Shown here in pieces: positions 46,350-56,983 of a stretch of DNA of 64,000 bases (the first letter of the stretch is position 1; the number at the start of each line of letters is the position of its first letter). The DNA is from an uncultured Gammaproteobacteria bacterium. GTDB taxonomy: Bacteria > Patescibacteriota > Microgenomatia > Daviesbacterales > UBA10151. The notes below the pieces were generated by a model, which was given only the letters and a program-made list of their open reading frames with translations, was not told the DNA's origin and made no database searches. The position numbers and the translations under genes were made by a program. Location: the NCBI GenBank assembly GCA_964500725.1, contig CAZCNP010000002.1, positions 5,347 through 69,346 on the forward strand, written 5' to 3'.

Positions 46350-47726
46350 TTAAATTGATTGTATTTTATGGAGCAATAAGACTTTATCCCGATCTTCTTT
46401 GAGAATTTTATAATCCTGAGGGGAAATTTTTGGGTTATCAAGCCGCCATTTATTAGTAATCATCAGATACTCACTATCGCCCTTTAGAAGAGAAATAAAA
46501 TCCTCTTCCCTTTTTGGGGCTTGGGATATACTACCCTTTTCAGAGTAGAATAACGCTGCAGGTCTATATTCACCATCGATAATTAATTTTTGTGGGTATT
46601 TGGCAGCCTCTTTTGACAAAATTGCTTCATCAGAAACAAATGCAGGAATATCAATAAATTGATACCAAATCATCTTGATTTGGTTAATATAGATATAAGC
46701 ACTAAATAGAAGAATAAATAAATAAAGATGGTATTTCCATTTTGATAAGTATTTTTCCAGGAAGGCAAAAGTAAAACCAAAATAGATTAAAATTAAGATT
46801 GGAAAAAGAGGGATAAGGTGCCAAATTTGTATCTTAGGAGAAAAAATTATCGGCAGCATAAATGAAAGGAAAAATAATACTAAAATATAAAATCTTTTCT
46901 GTTTAAGAAAGATGGATAATAGTAAAGATATAATACCTAGCCAAAACCATTTTCCAACACCGCTATGTAGATATTCTTTAGCAAGAATTATATTAGTAAG
47001 ATAAGATGAATCTAAGCTTGTTCCTCTCAGGCCAACATCTATAAACTTTTGAATAAAACTGGGGTATTGTATTATTTGGCTTGCAAACCATCCTCCGGCA
47101 ATACTTAAAAATAATAAAATAGGCAATATTAGGTTTTGTAATTTGTAACCCTTTTTTCTAAAAAAGATTAGAAGTAATGTAGGAATAATTGCCAAAGGCA
47201 CCATTGTTTTTGTGAGGAACAAAAAAGCCAAGCTTGTTGATAATAGCAAAAAGTATCTTCTGTTTTCTGATGCCTTAATTGCTAAGTAAAGTGTAGATAG
47301 AAAAAACATTGTTAAAATAATATCCAAATTTCCAGAACGAGATCTAAAAATAAACCAGATTGCTGAGGATAACGCCACAGCAGAAGACAATCCCACCAAA
47401 GGGTTAAATAATTTTTTTCCCAACAGGTATAACAAAATAATGCTGATAATTCCTGATAAGGCAGAGGGAAACCTGGTCCAAAATTCATTTACCCCAAATA
47501 GTTTATAAGTTGCTGCCATTAACCAATAGCCTGTTGGGGGATGGTCAAAATATGGTTGCTGATTCCAAGTCATATTTATGATATCACCGGATTCCATTAT
47601 GTTTTTTGCCACTTCGGCATACCAGGCCTCATCCCAACTAATCAAAGATGTTTGTCCTAATTTATAGAAAAATAAGGGCAGGATTAATACAATTAAAATA
47701 GAGAGTAAAAGCAAGATTTTCATCAA
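46350..47726 (-). CDS. GT-C glycosyltransferase, family 39/83 (PMT/ArnT-like)
   Basis: Polytopic membrane protein whose first loop carries WDEAWYAEVAKNIMESGD, the PMT/ArnT-type DE motif. Confidence 0.75.
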   Translation of the reverse strand: MMKILLLLSILIVLILPLFFYKLGQTSLISWDEAWYAEVAKNIMESGDIINMTWNQQPYFDHPPTGYWLMAATYKLFGVNEFWTRFPSALSGIISIILLYLLGKKLFNPLVGLSSAVALSSAIWFIFRSRSGNLDIILTMFFLSTLYLAIKASENRRYFLLLSTSLAFLFLTKTMVPLAIIPTLLLIFFRKKGYKLQNLILPILLFLSIAGGWFASQIIQYPSFIQKFIDVGLRGTSLDSSYLTNIILAKEYLHSGVGKWFWLGIISLLLSIFLKQKRFYILVLFFLSFMLPIIFSPKIQIWHLIPLFPILILIYFGFTFAFLEKYLSKWKYHLYLFILLFSAYIYINQIKMIWYQFIDIPAFVSDEAILSKEAAKYPQKLIIDGEYRPAALFYSEKGSISQAPKREEDFISLLKGDSEYLMITNKWRLDNPKISPQDYKILKEDRDKVLLLHKIQSI

Positions 47727-47766
47727 AAATTAGTATATCATCATATAATATGATTATGGTGGTAGT

Positions 47767-49302
47767 ATGATAACTTTTTCACGAAAAATAGTAATACTTT
47801 TTCTTTTGTTGATTATTTCTAATATACTACTGAGCGCTTATTGGTTATTACTTGGAGATATTCATTATGATATAGATGTATCGCGTGATTTTTTGGTTTT
47901 GCATGATATTGTTAATAATTCTCATTTGACTCTTCTTGGTCCCCGTTCTGGTGCTATCCCAGGTGTGTATCATGGTCCCTTATGGTTCTATATTAATCTA
48001 CCAGCATTTCTAATAGGTGGAGGCAATCCTTTGATAGTAGGCTGGTTTTGGTTTTGGACATCAATAATTTTATTGGGAGTTATATTTTGGGTTGCTAAAA
48101 AAATATTTGGTTTTGAGGTTGCTATACTTTCAGTATTACTTTTTTCTGTTAACTCCATAATCAATCCTTCGATTGGTTTAAAAAACTTTTATAATCCATA
48201 TGGAGCAGTCTTTTTATCTCCACTAATATTCTGGTGGTTTTATATGTATATTGCTACTTTTAAAATTAAATATTTGGTAGTTAGTTTATTTGTATTGGGA
48301 CTTATTATACAATTTCAAATGGCTTTTGGGGCGCCACTATTAATTTCACTGACAATATTACTAGGATATTTTTTAATTAAAAAAAATAAATTGGTTCATC
48401 TTTTTTCTTATCTAATTTTATTAATCCCTCTTTCCACTTTTATTATTTTTGATATAAAGCATGATTGGTTACAACTTAAGGCCTTGATGAAATTTATCAA
48501 CAGAGGGGATGGTTTATCCGCCGGTTTTTTTGATATATTTAATGCCCGTATTAAAGCTTTAGTTTTTGATTCTTTTGATCTATTATCTCCTGGGAAAAAT
48601 CTTCTAACCATCTTTTATACATTTTTCTTTACTGGGAGTTTTATTTATGCTTTAAGAAAAAATCAAACTACCAAAAAAATATATATACTTTTTGCCTACC
48701 TTTTTTTAAGTTTTTGGGTAATTTCTCTGTTTTATACAGGAGGGGTGGGAAATTATTTTTGGCCTTTTTTGCCATTAATAATCATTATATTTTGTTCTTT
48801 TTATAAGGTTATGAAAAAAGAATTTTTTATTCCTGTTTTTATAATTCTTTATTTAGTTAATATGTATGCTGGAGTTATTTCAATTTTAGAATTTAAGACT
48901 GATATTAATTTACGGGGTCCGCACAGTTGGGCTTTTAACAAATATGTGGCAGAGCAAGTTTTTAAAGATGCAAAGGGGGATTTTGGATACTTTAATTTTT
49001 CCCCAGATAGGTTTGCGTATCAACAAAGATATGCTATGGCTTATGTTCAAAATGAATTCCCTAATATAAAATCTTTTTCTTCGACAAAGAAACCAATAAC
49101 GTATCTTTTAGAAGTTGATCCACCAAAAGATAGGCCAGAACTAAATGGTATCAGCTGGAGGATTAGCGATATTGGTATTGATCGTTTGCCAGATCAATCT
49201 TTCCGTTATGATTTTATTTATATTGAGAAATACCTTTTAGATAATAAAGAATTAAAAGTAACTCCCAATCCTTACTTGTTAGATAATGTGTTTGTAAGAT
49301 AA
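47767..49302 (+). CDS. Polytopic membrane protein, putative GT-C glycosyltransferase paralog (group A)
   Basis: About 11 TM helices plus a C-terminal soluble domain. First loop HYDIDVSRDFL ..GVYHGPLWFY. Clear paralog of 50793..52319. Confidence 0.6.
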   Translation: MITFSRKIVILFLLLIISNILLSAYWLLLGDIHYDIDVSRDFLVLHDIVNNSHLTLLGPRSGAIPGVYHGPLWFYINLPAFLIGGGNPLIVGWFWFWTSIILLGVIFWVAKKIFGFEVAILSVLLFSVNSIINPSIGLKNFYNPYGAVFLSPLIFWWFYMYIATFKIKYLVVSLFVLGLIIQFQMAFGAPLLISLTILLGYFLIKKNKLVHLFSYLILLIPLSTFIIFDIKHDWLQLKALMKFINRGDGLSAGFFDIFNARIKALVFDSFDLLSPGKNLLTIFYTFFFTGSFIYALRKNQTTKKIYILFAYLFLSFWVISLFYTGGVGNYFWPFLPLIIIIFCSFYKVMKKEFFIPVFIILYLVNMYAGVISILEFKTDINLRGPHSWAFNKYVAEQVFKDAKGDFGYFNFSPDRFAYQQRYAMAYVQNEFPNIKSFSSTKKPITYLLEVDPPKDRPELNGISWRISDIGIDRLPDQSFRYDFIYIEKYLLDNKELKVTPNPYLLDNVFVR

Positions 49303-49305
49303 ACT

Positions 49306-50787
49306 ATGGCCATGATTTTAAAATACTTATCCTCACCAAAAATAATTTTGCTTGCCATTCTATTAATAGGCTTGTTTTTTAGACTTTATAAATTAGAAAT
49401 CTTCTATCCTTGGGGTCACGACCAGGATCTTTTTGCCTGGATTGCAAAAGATATTTTGATTGATCGCCATCTAAGATTGATAGGTCAAGAAACAAGTATA
49501 ATAGGAGTATTCATAGGGCCACTATTTTATTATTTGGTTGCAGTTGGGATGGCAGTTTTTAATATGAATCCCTTAGGGGCAGCACTGGTGACAACTATTA
49601 TTAGTCTGCTGACGATTATTAGTATTTATTGGGTGTTTAACAAATTTTTTGACAGAAATGTTGGTTTGATTGGAGCTTTTTTGTATGCTGTATCTCCCGG
49701 CGCTGTGTTTTTAGACAGATGGATAGTGCCAACGCAACCAACAATTCTTTGGTCAGTCTGGTTTTTGTATGTTTTGTTATCTATTATAAAAGGTAACCTA
49801 CAGATTTTAATACCTTTAAGTTTGTTGATTGGTTTAGTTTGGCATGTTCATATAGCTTTTATTCCTTTGTTAGTTCTGTTCCCGATTGCTTATATGCTGT
49901 CGGGACAGAAATTGAAAGAAATAAAATATAGTTTTAATACGGTCATAATTTCCTTATTAATATTATTATCCCTACTCTCGCCGTTTATAATTTTTGAAAT
50001 TAGGCATGGTTTTCAGCAAACACGGAGTTTGATAAGTGCCACTTATAAAGACCAGGATCACTTAAAGGGAATTGATAGGATGTTTAAAACACTAAATTCC
50101 GGAGGCAGGTCGTTGGCTGGGGCATTTGTTTTGAGCAATACGGTTATTGGGTTGCCGCCGGTGCTAACTGGCTCTTTGCCGTTTTTGCTATTGTTTGGTG
50201 TTTTATATCTTTGGAATAGAAGAGCTTTAACAAAAAAACAAGGAATTATTTTTACTATATGGTATTTAATTGTTTTTTTGGGTCAATTTTTTTCCAAGAG
50301 AATTATCACCGAATATTATTTTAATAATTTGTTTGTAATTTGGTTTCTAGTAATTGCTTTGGTTTTAAATAAATTACCAGCAGCTAAAATTTTTCTAGCA
50401 ATTTATTTGGTGGGGATAATAGGATGGTTTGTTAGTAGGCCTGATGATTTAGGTGGGTTCTTGTACAAAAAGCTGGCCATAGAATATATTAAAAGCGATA
50501 TGGGCAGTAAAGGTTACCGATGCATTGCAGTTAATCATATTGAAGGGCAGCCAGGCGGCGCTACTGGATTTAGATATTTATTTTGGTTGAATAAATTACC
50601 CATCGTAACCTCAGGTAATGATGTGCCTGTTTATAGTGTGGTAGAGCCGTGGAAGATTTCTGAAAAAGAAATTAATGCCAAATTTGGCACTTTGGGGGTA
50701 ATTTGGCCCGTTAAGCAAAACTTAGACTTTAGTGTTTGCAAAAATAAGGACCGTCAACTACTGCCTTTGTGGGGATTTAATAACTAA
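49306..50787 (+). CDS. Polytopic membrane protein, putative GT-C glycosyltransferase paralog (group B)
   Basis: First loop GHDQDLFAWIAKDI..GVFIGPLFYYLV and a C-terminal GFRYLFWLNK motif. Paralog of 54698..56188. Confidence 0.6.
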   Translation: MAMILKYLSSPKIILLAILLIGLFFRLYKLEIFYPWGHDQDLFAWIAKDILIDRHLRLIGQETSIIGVFIGPLFYYLVAVGMAVFNMNPLGAALVTTIISLLTIISIYWVFNKFFDRNVGLIGAFLYAVSPGAVFLDRWIVPTQPTILWSVWFLYVLLSIIKGNLQILIPLSLLIGLVWHVHIAFIPLLVLFPIAYMLSGQKLKEIKYSFNTVIISLLILLSLLSPFIIFEIRHGFQQTRSLISATYKDQDHLKGIDRMFKTLNSGGRSLAGAFVLSNTVIGLPPVLTGSLPFLLLFGVLYLWNRRALTKKQGIIFTIWYLIVFLGQFFSKRIITEYYFNNLFVIWFLVIALVLNKLPAAKIFLAIYLVGIIGWFVSRPDDLGGFLYKKLAIEYIKSDMGSKGYRCIAVNHIEGQPGGATGFRYLFWLNKLPIVTSGNDVPVYSVVEPWKISEKEINAKFGTLGVIWPVKQNLDFSVCKNKDRQLLPLWGFNN

Positions 50788-50792
50788 TTATT

Positions 50793-52319
50793 ATGGGCAG
50801 ATGTCTAAAGAAATTTAACTATATAGTCTATTCATTAATTGGTTTAAATATTTTACTGAGTGCATATTGGTTATTACATGGTGATATACGTTATGATGTA
50901 GATATTTCGCGGGATTTATTGTTGGTTAAGGAGATAGTAACAGATAAACCCATTACTCTTATAGGTTCCCATACATCGATAGGGGGCGTTTTTCACGGAC
51001 CAGCTTGGTATTACCTTAATGTGCCGGCTTTTTTTCTTTTTTCCGGCAATCCAGTACTGATTGGCTGGTTTTGGTGGGGATTGTCAATTATTGCTCTAGT
51101 TGTGATTTTTTTTATTGCTCAGAAATTGTTTGACAGGAATACTGCTCTTTTAGCAGTATTATTATATTCTGCAAATGCAATTATAAATCCTATATATGGA
51201 TTAAAAATGTTTTTTCCTCCTTATGGAGCAGTAGTATTATTCCCTATATTTTTTTATTTATTTACAAGATACATGTTAAGTCAAAAAACAAAATATTTAG
51301 CACTAGCAATATTTACCTTAGGATTTATCATTCAATTTGAAATGGCTTTTGGGATTCCAATATTAGCATTGACTCTGCTGTTTTTAATATTTTTTTTATA
51401 TAGAAAAAATATATTAAAACAGTGGTTAGTGGTACCAATAATATTTTTACCTTTATCTACCTTTATAATTTTTGATCTTCGACATAACTTTTTACAAACT
51501 AATTCTTTATTGCAATATCTGGGAGCACAGGCTGGCAAGCATAATTTTGATTTATTTGTTTTATTAAATGAAAAAATAACTGGTATTTTTTCCGATACCT
51601 TTTTTTTATTAACACAAGACAACAGATTTCTTAGTTGGTTATACTCAATTTTATTTATTGCCTTAATATTTATTATTAAAGTGCCTAATAAAAAAATTTA
51701 CTGGCTATTTTTATTTTTTTATTTAGGATATTGGGTTAGCCATTTTACATTAAAACCACTTTGGAGTAGTTACTATTGGCCATTATTACCAGTAATGATT
51801 ATACTGTATTCTTCCTTTATAAATTTTATATCTAAGAAAATTTTCTTTCTAATTTATATTCCCCTCCTGTTATGGAATATGTATATAGGAGTAGCTTATA
51901 TTAAAGATTTTGATATAGATGTAACAAAGAGAAGCAAGAATAGTTGGGCATATAATAAATTAGTAGCTGAAAACATCTTTAAAGATGCAGAAGGTGACTT
52001 TGGGTATTTTATTTTTTCTCCTGAAAGGTGGGTATTTCAAAATTGGTATGCTTTGGATTTCATTCGGAAACAATATCCTCAAAAAAAAGGGCACCCATTT
52101 ACAAAACAAAAATTGACTTATCTGATAGTTGTTGATTCGCCTAAAGATAGAGTGGATCCTGTGAGTATGGGTTGGAGAATTACAGATCTTAATATTAAGA
52201 AGGAACCAAAAGAGAAGAAAAGAATTGATATAACAGAAATTCAAAAATATTATTTAAATGAGGAAGAGATAAGGTCTCCGGTTAATCCTTATTTACTAAA
52301 TTCTTTATTTTTTAGATAA
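50793..52319 (+). CDS. Polytopic membrane protein, putative GT-C glycosyltransferase paralog (group A)
   Basis: RYDVDISRDLL..GVFHGPAWYY. Shares the N- and C-terminal blocks of 47767..49302. Confidence 0.6.
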   Translation: MGRCLKKFNYIVYSLIGLNILLSAYWLLHGDIRYDVDISRDLLLVKEIVTDKPITLIGSHTSIGGVFHGPAWYYLNVPAFFLFSGNPVLIGWFWWGLSIIALVVIFFIAQKLFDRNTALLAVLLYSANAIINPIYGLKMFFPPYGAVVLFPIFFYLFTRYMLSQKTKYLALAIFTLGFIIQFEMAFGIPILALTLLFLIFFLYRKNILKQWLVVPIIFLPLSTFIIFDLRHNFLQTNSLLQYLGAQAGKHNFDLFVLLNEKITGIFSDTFFLLTQDNRFLSWLYSILFIALIFIIKVPNKKIYWLFLFFYLGYWVSHFTLKPLWSSYYWPLLPVMIILYSSFINFISKKIFFLIYIPLLLWNMYIGVAYIKDFDIDVTKRSKNSWAYNKLVAENIFKDAEGDFGYFIFSPERWVFQNWYALDFIRKQYPQKKGHPFTKQKLTYLIVVDSPKDRVDPVSMGWRITDLNIKKEPKEKKRIDITEIQKYYLNEEEIRSPVNPYLLNSLFFR

Positions 52320-52324
52320 ATAAA

Positions 52325-53167
52325 ATGTATTCTTTAACTGAAGAGTTTGTTGTCAGCAAATTGCCAAAGAGGCTACATGATGCTAATAAAGGAACTTTCG
52401 GAAAAGTATTGGTAATTGCTGGATCAGAAAATTATCCTGGAGCTGCATATCTGACTTGTGCTGCTGCTTACAGAGCAGGAGCAGGGTTGGTAACGCTTGC
52501 AACTATCCCTTCAGTCAAATTAATTGTTTCAAAGAAGCTGCCTGAAGTTACTTTTTTCCAGCCTGATGAAGTTGTTAGCGAAATAAACAAATATGACGTG
52601 CTTGTAGTAGGACCAGGTTTAGGTCAAGACCAGAGGGCAACAAGGACAATAGAGAAGTTGTTAAGAGTAAAGAATTTGCCGAACATTTTAATTGACGGGG
52701 ATGGATTAAATATTGTTGCCAAAATTGATAACTGGTGGAAGCGGCTTACTGCAGAAGCGATATTTACTCCTCATCCAGGAGAAATGTCGCGGCTGACAAG
52801 TTTTTCTGTCAAGGAGATACAAAAAGATCGGGACAATATAGCAAAAAATTTCGCTGAAAAGTGGAATAAAATTATTGTATTAAAAGGCGCAAATACAGTT
52901 ATTGCTTCACCTAATAGAGAAATAGAGGTAAGTCCTTTTGCGAACCCTTTACTTGCAACGGCTGGAACAGGTGATATTTTGTCCGGAGTTATTGCTGGCT
53001 TTCTTGCTCAAGGAGTAGATCTTTTTGATGCTGCTTGTATTGGTGTGTATATCCATGGGTTAGCTGGAGAAGTGTTAAAAGAAAAAATTGGGACAGCAGG
53101 AGCTTTAGCAGGTGATCTGCTGCCACTTTTGCCTCTAGTTATAAAGAAAATAAGACAAACAAATTAA
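52325..53167 (+). CDS. nnrD: ADP-dependent NAD(P)H-hydrate dehydratase (YjeF C-terminal domain)
   Basis: KGTFGKVLVIAGS..YPGAAYL..GAGLV and GDGLN motifs. Confidence 0.8.
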   Translation: MYSLTEEFVVSKLPKRLHDANKGTFGKVLVIAGSENYPGAAYLTCAAAYRAGAGLVTLATIPSVKLIVSKKLPEVTFFQPDEVVSEINKYDVLVVGPGLGQDQRATRTIEKLLRVKNLPNILIDGDGLNIVAKIDNWWKRLTAEAIFTPHPGEMSRLTSFSVKEIQKDRDNIAKNFAEKWNKIIVLKGANTVIASPNREIEVSPFANPLLATAGTGDILSGVIAGFLAQGVDLFDAACIGVYIHGLAGEVLKEKIGTAGALAGDLLPLLPLVIKKIRQTN

Positions 53168-53225
53168 AAATTATAATTAATCCATTGACAATTATAATAA
53201 ATGTTGCTATTTATACGGAATAAAT

Positions 53226-54665
53226 ATGCAAGATGATACTTCTTTATTAAAAAATTTTTTGGAAATCTCCTATGAGCAGTTAGAGGAAATGAATCTTAAG
53301 GCTAAAGAAAAACAGCTAACTGAAGACTCAAAAGAATTAGAAAATCAGTATCGTCTTTACCTGCAAAAAGAAAAGAGGATTAAAGCAATAACCTTAGCTT
53401 TCACAGATATTGAAGGCAGGTTTCATATGCTGGATTATGATAAAAAATACCTTTTGGAATCTGCTGCTAATTTAACTTTTGATGGCTCTTCCATTAGAGG
53501 CTTTACTGCGCTTGCCGAATCAGATTTAAGATTGGAGGTGGATTGGGGTAGTATAGTTTATCTTCCCTCAGATATATTTGGAGGAGGAAAGGTAATCATG
53601 TTTGCCAATGTATTAAATAGGGATAGATCTTCTTACCAATCGGATTTTAGGGGGCAATTAAAATTGTATACGCAGCAGCTTCAGGCTAAAGAGGGAATTA
53701 CAGCATATACGTCTGCAGAAATAGAAGGATTTTTGGTAGAGGGTATAGGGGCAGAGCAAAGCTTTGATGAAGATATTGGTTTTAAATTAATTTCAACTGG
53801 TGGTTATTACCACTCTTTACCGCTAGGAAGACTGCGGAGGTTTATTGATGCAGCTGCAGAAACGCAAAGGGCAATGGGTTTTCAAAACGAGAAGGATCAT
53901 CCTGAAGTTGCGCCATCACAATTTGAATTAAACTTTAGTTACACAGATGTAGTAAGAGCATGTGATCAAATTCAACTTTATAAGTTAATTTGCAGACAAG
54001 TTGCCAATAATATGGGTATGACAGCAACTTTTTTACCAAAGCCAATTGCCAATATCAATGGATCAGGAATGCATGTTAACTTTTCGTTGGCAAAAAATGG
54101 TAGAAATATTTTTCATGACAAAAGTGGCAAAGAGGGTTTATCTGATCTTGCTTGGGATTTTATCTTAAGATTATTAAATCATGCACCAGAGATCTGTCTG
54201 GCTTTAAATTCTTCAGTAAATGCTTATAGAAGATTGGATCCTCATTTTGAAGCGCCTAATCAAATTAAAGTATCACCGGTTGATAGGGGTTCTATGATGA
54301 GAATACCTGTAGGAAATGAAAAAACAGCCAGAATTGAGATTAGGTCAGTAGCTCCAGATGCCAACCCATACCTTACTTTGTATACAATTCTAAGAACTGG
54401 ATTGGAAGGAAAAAAATTAAACCGTTCCAGAGGCAAGAGGGAAAGGCTAAGATTTTTACCTGGAACTATTTATGATGCAATCAGACTTTTCAAAACGAGT
54501 GATTTAATTGGAAAAATCTTAGGGGCAGAAAATGCCCAAAAATATTTATCTTTTAAAGAGGCAGTAGCAGATAGAAGCCCAAAAGAATTGGGTGACAAGG
54601 TTAAAAGTTCAGAAATTGTATATCACCATGAAGTTACAAATCAGGTATTGTGGAATAATTTTTGA
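53226..54665 (+). CDS. Glutamine synthetase family protein (type I-like catalytic domain)
   Basis: FDGSS, EVAPSQFELNF, KPIANINGSGMHVNFSL and NAYRRL motifs of the GS catalytic domain. Confidence 0.75.
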   Translation: MQDDTSLLKNFLEISYEQLEEMNLKAKEKQLTEDSKELENQYRLYLQKEKRIKAITLAFTDIEGRFHMLDYDKKYLLESAANLTFDGSSIRGFTALAESDLRLEVDWGSIVYLPSDIFGGGKVIMFANVLNRDRSSYQSDFRGQLKLYTQQLQAKEGITAYTSAEIEGFLVEGIGAEQSFDEDIGFKLISTGGYYHSLPLGRLRRFIDAAAETQRAMGFQNEKDHPEVAPSQFELNFSYTDVVRACDQIQLYKLICRQVANNMGMTATFLPKPIANINGSGMHVNFSLAKNGRNIFHDKSGKEGLSDLAWDFILRLLNHAPEICLALNSSVNAYRRLDPHFEAPNQIKVSPVDRGSMMRIPVGNEKTARIEIRSVAPDANPYLTLYTILRTGLEGKKLNRSRGKRERLRFLPGTIYDAIRLFKTSDLIGKILGAENAQKYLSFKEAVADRSPKELGDKVKSSEIVYHHEVTNQVLWNNF

Positions 54666-54697
54666 GCGTAGCGAAAAAATAGTCCTACGGTTTATTT

Positions 54698-56188
54698 CTA
54701 ATCTACAAACCCAAGCATAGAGTCTGTTAAATTTGTATTTGGTGTTTGACAACTTTTCTGTATAGTTTCTTTTGAGGGGATATGAGTTGGTGGAATAACT
54801 CCGATATGCCCAAACTTGATTTTGCCTTTTTCCTGTGAAAGCTCTTCAGGAATAATTATGTTATATACAGGTATGTCTAAAGAGGGGTGAACAAGATGTA
54901 TTTTGTTTAAAAAGAAAAGATATCTAAAGCCAGCATTTTCCCCAGGAGCGGTAATATAGCTGATACCAATGCAGGGAATATTCTTTTTCCGAGCATCTTC
55001 TTTGATGTATTGCACAACTCCTTTTTTTTCAATGTATCCTTTATGATAGATATATTGATTAATAGTAAAATTTAAGTTCTTAATCAGTAAGATCGTTAAT
55101 AAAATTACTATAGTTGTTTTGCCTAGCTTAGATAATTTATATATATAAACGAAAGATAGGCTTAAAAATGCTAGAAAAATGATCTGGATGTTATAAAGGT
55201 AGTATTCAGATATTAAGCTGGAAGATATTGTAAAAAAAACGATCACTCCAAGAATCCATACAAGCAAAGATAAGATTTCTTTTTTTGGAATTAACTTTTT
55301 CCAATATGAAACAGATAATGTTGATAGGAGTAATAATAGAGCAAACAGTCCTCTATATTTTTCTGGGAGACTTTGGGGTGATAAGAATAGAGCGTTAATA
55401 TTTTTTGAAATCATATTTAATACAGAAGATAATTTCGTTATTCCAACTCCTCCTCCATGCTCAGAGGAAAAGTTACCAATTAAAGATAGTGTTTGTGAGA
55501 AACCATGTCTTAATTCAAAAGCAATCAAAGGTAAAGAAGTAATAAATAAAGAAATTAAAAAATAAAACATCTGCTTTTTTGTAGGTATTCTCTTTGAAAC
55601 AAAGATAGCAAAAGGTACTGCCAGAAGAACTGGAATTAAGGCAATATGGATATGCCAGATTAGCCCTATTAAAATACCAAGTAAAGGTAAAATGTTATGA
55701 TAGCCTCTGGAAATCATAATAATTGTAAAAAAGTACCAAACGATCCAAAGATTGGTGAGAGTAGAGGGAGCAACAAGGCGGTCAAAATCTATATTGGGTA
55801 TTAATATTGAATAAAAAAAAGAGATTATCAGACCAAGGTTTTTATTAAATAATTCTGAAAATACATAGTAATAGCTTACAATTGTTAATGCTCCAATAAT
55901 TGTAATTGGTACAGTAGCTGCAATAGGGTCCATATTGAAGATAATAAAAAAGGGTATTAGAAGATAATAAAAAAATGGACCAATAAAAATTCCTGGCGCT
56001 GAAGTGAGTTGACCTATTAAACGAAAGTGACCGTCAATGACTATATCTTTCACAATCCAAGAAAATAAATCACTATCGTGGTTAAAATGGGCTCTTCCAA
56101 CTAAATCATAGGTTCTTAAGAAAATGCCAATGATTAGTATCAATCCTAATATTAGTAAATGAGGTCTTTTTCTAAAATAGGAAATCAT
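54698..56188 (-). CDS. Polytopic membrane protein, putative GT-C glycosyltransferase paralog (group B)
   Basis: NHDSDLFSWIVKDI..GIFIGPFFYYLL and a C-terminal GFRYLFFLNK motif. Paralog of 49306..50787. Confidence 0.6.
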   Translation of the reverse strand: MISYFRKRPHLLILGLILIIGIFLRTYDLVGRAHFNHDSDLFSWIVKDIVIDGHFRLIGQLTSAPGIFIGPFFYYLLIPFFIIFNMDPIAATVPITIIGALTIVSYYYVFSELFNKNLGLIISFFYSILIPNIDFDRLVAPSTLTNLWIVWYFFTIIMISRGYHNILPLLGILIGLIWHIHIALIPVLLAVPFAIFVSKRIPTKKQMFYFLISLFITSLPLIAFELRHGFSQTLSLIGNFSSEHGGGVGITKLSSVLNMISKNINALFLSPQSLPEKYRGLFALLLLLSTLSVSYWKKLIPKKEILSLLVWILGVIVFFTISSSLISEYYLYNIQIIFLAFLSLSFVYIYKLSKLGKTTIVILLTILLIKNLNFTINQYIYHKGYIEKKGVVQYIKEDARKKNIPCIGISYITAPGENAGFRYLFFLNKIHLVHPSLDIPVYNIIIPEELSQEKGKIKFGHIGVIPPTHIPSKETIQKSCQTPNTNLTDSMLGFVD

Positions 56189-56245
56189 TATGAAAATTAT
56201 ACCTAATTTGATCTCTCAAATGATAGCTGCTAAACTACAAAGATT

Positions 56246-56983
56246 ATGCAAGTTAAAGCAATAAAAACTAGAAAATTTTTACCACCACAAGATAATTTAT
56301 GGGATCTTTTGTCGTCAATAAAATCTTTGGAAGAAAACTCCGTAGTTGCTATAACTTCTAAAGTAGTATCGATTGGAGAAGGAAGGTGTGTATCAATAAA
56401 AAAAGCTTCCAAAGATGAACTTGCAGTTAAAGAAGCAGATAAATATTTGCCTAGAGAAATTTCACCGAATGGTTTTATATTACATACAATTAAAAATAAT
56501 TTATTGGTAGCATCAGCAGGTATTGATGAAAGTAACGGTAAAAACTATTATATACTTTGGCCCAAAAATCCTCAAAAAAGAGCTAAAGATATCTGGATAT
56601 TTTTAAAAAATAAATTTAAAGTAAATAATTTAGGGGTAATTATTACAGATTCAAGATTAGTGCCTTTAAGACGAGGCGTAGTAGGTATTGCCATTGCTTA
56701 CTGTGGATTTAATCCATTAAAAGATTATCGGGGTAGGAAAGATATATTTGGTAGAGAATTTCAGATTGAGACATCCAATATGCCTGATTCTTTAGCAGCA
56801 GCAGCAGTTTTAGAAATGGGAGAAGGGGCAGAGCAGCAGCCAATTGCTATGATTTCAGATATTCCTCATATAGAATTTACCTCTAAAGTAAGCGAGGATA
56901 TTAAAATTTCTGAGAAGGAAGATATGTTTTATCCTTTTTTATCTTCAGTCAAATGGTTGAAGGGTGGGAGCGGAAGAAATTAA
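56246..56983 (+). CDS. CofE-like gamma-glutamyl ligase family protein (F420-0:gamma-glutamyl ligase homolog)
   Basis: ITSKVVSIGEGR .. SAGIDESN .. GVIITDS motifs typical of PF01996. Confidence 0.65.
   Translation: MQVKAIKTRKFLPPQDNLWDLLSSIKSLEENSVVAITSKVVSIGEGRCVSIKKASKDELAVKEADKYLPREISPNGFILHTIKNNLLVASAGIDESNGKNYYILWPKNPQKRAKDIWIFLKNKFKVNNLGVIITDSRLVPLRRGVVGIAIAYCGFNPLKDYRGRKDIFGREFQIETSNMPDSLAAAAVLEMGEGAEQQPIAMISDIPHIEFTSKVSEDIKISEKEDMFYPFLSSVKWLKGGSGRN

Noticed and set aside
53168-53225. TTGACA-like hexamer upstream of the GS-family gene as a promoter
   Set aside because: No acceptable -10 at 16 to 18 nt spacing (TATTTA only), so it was left uncalled.
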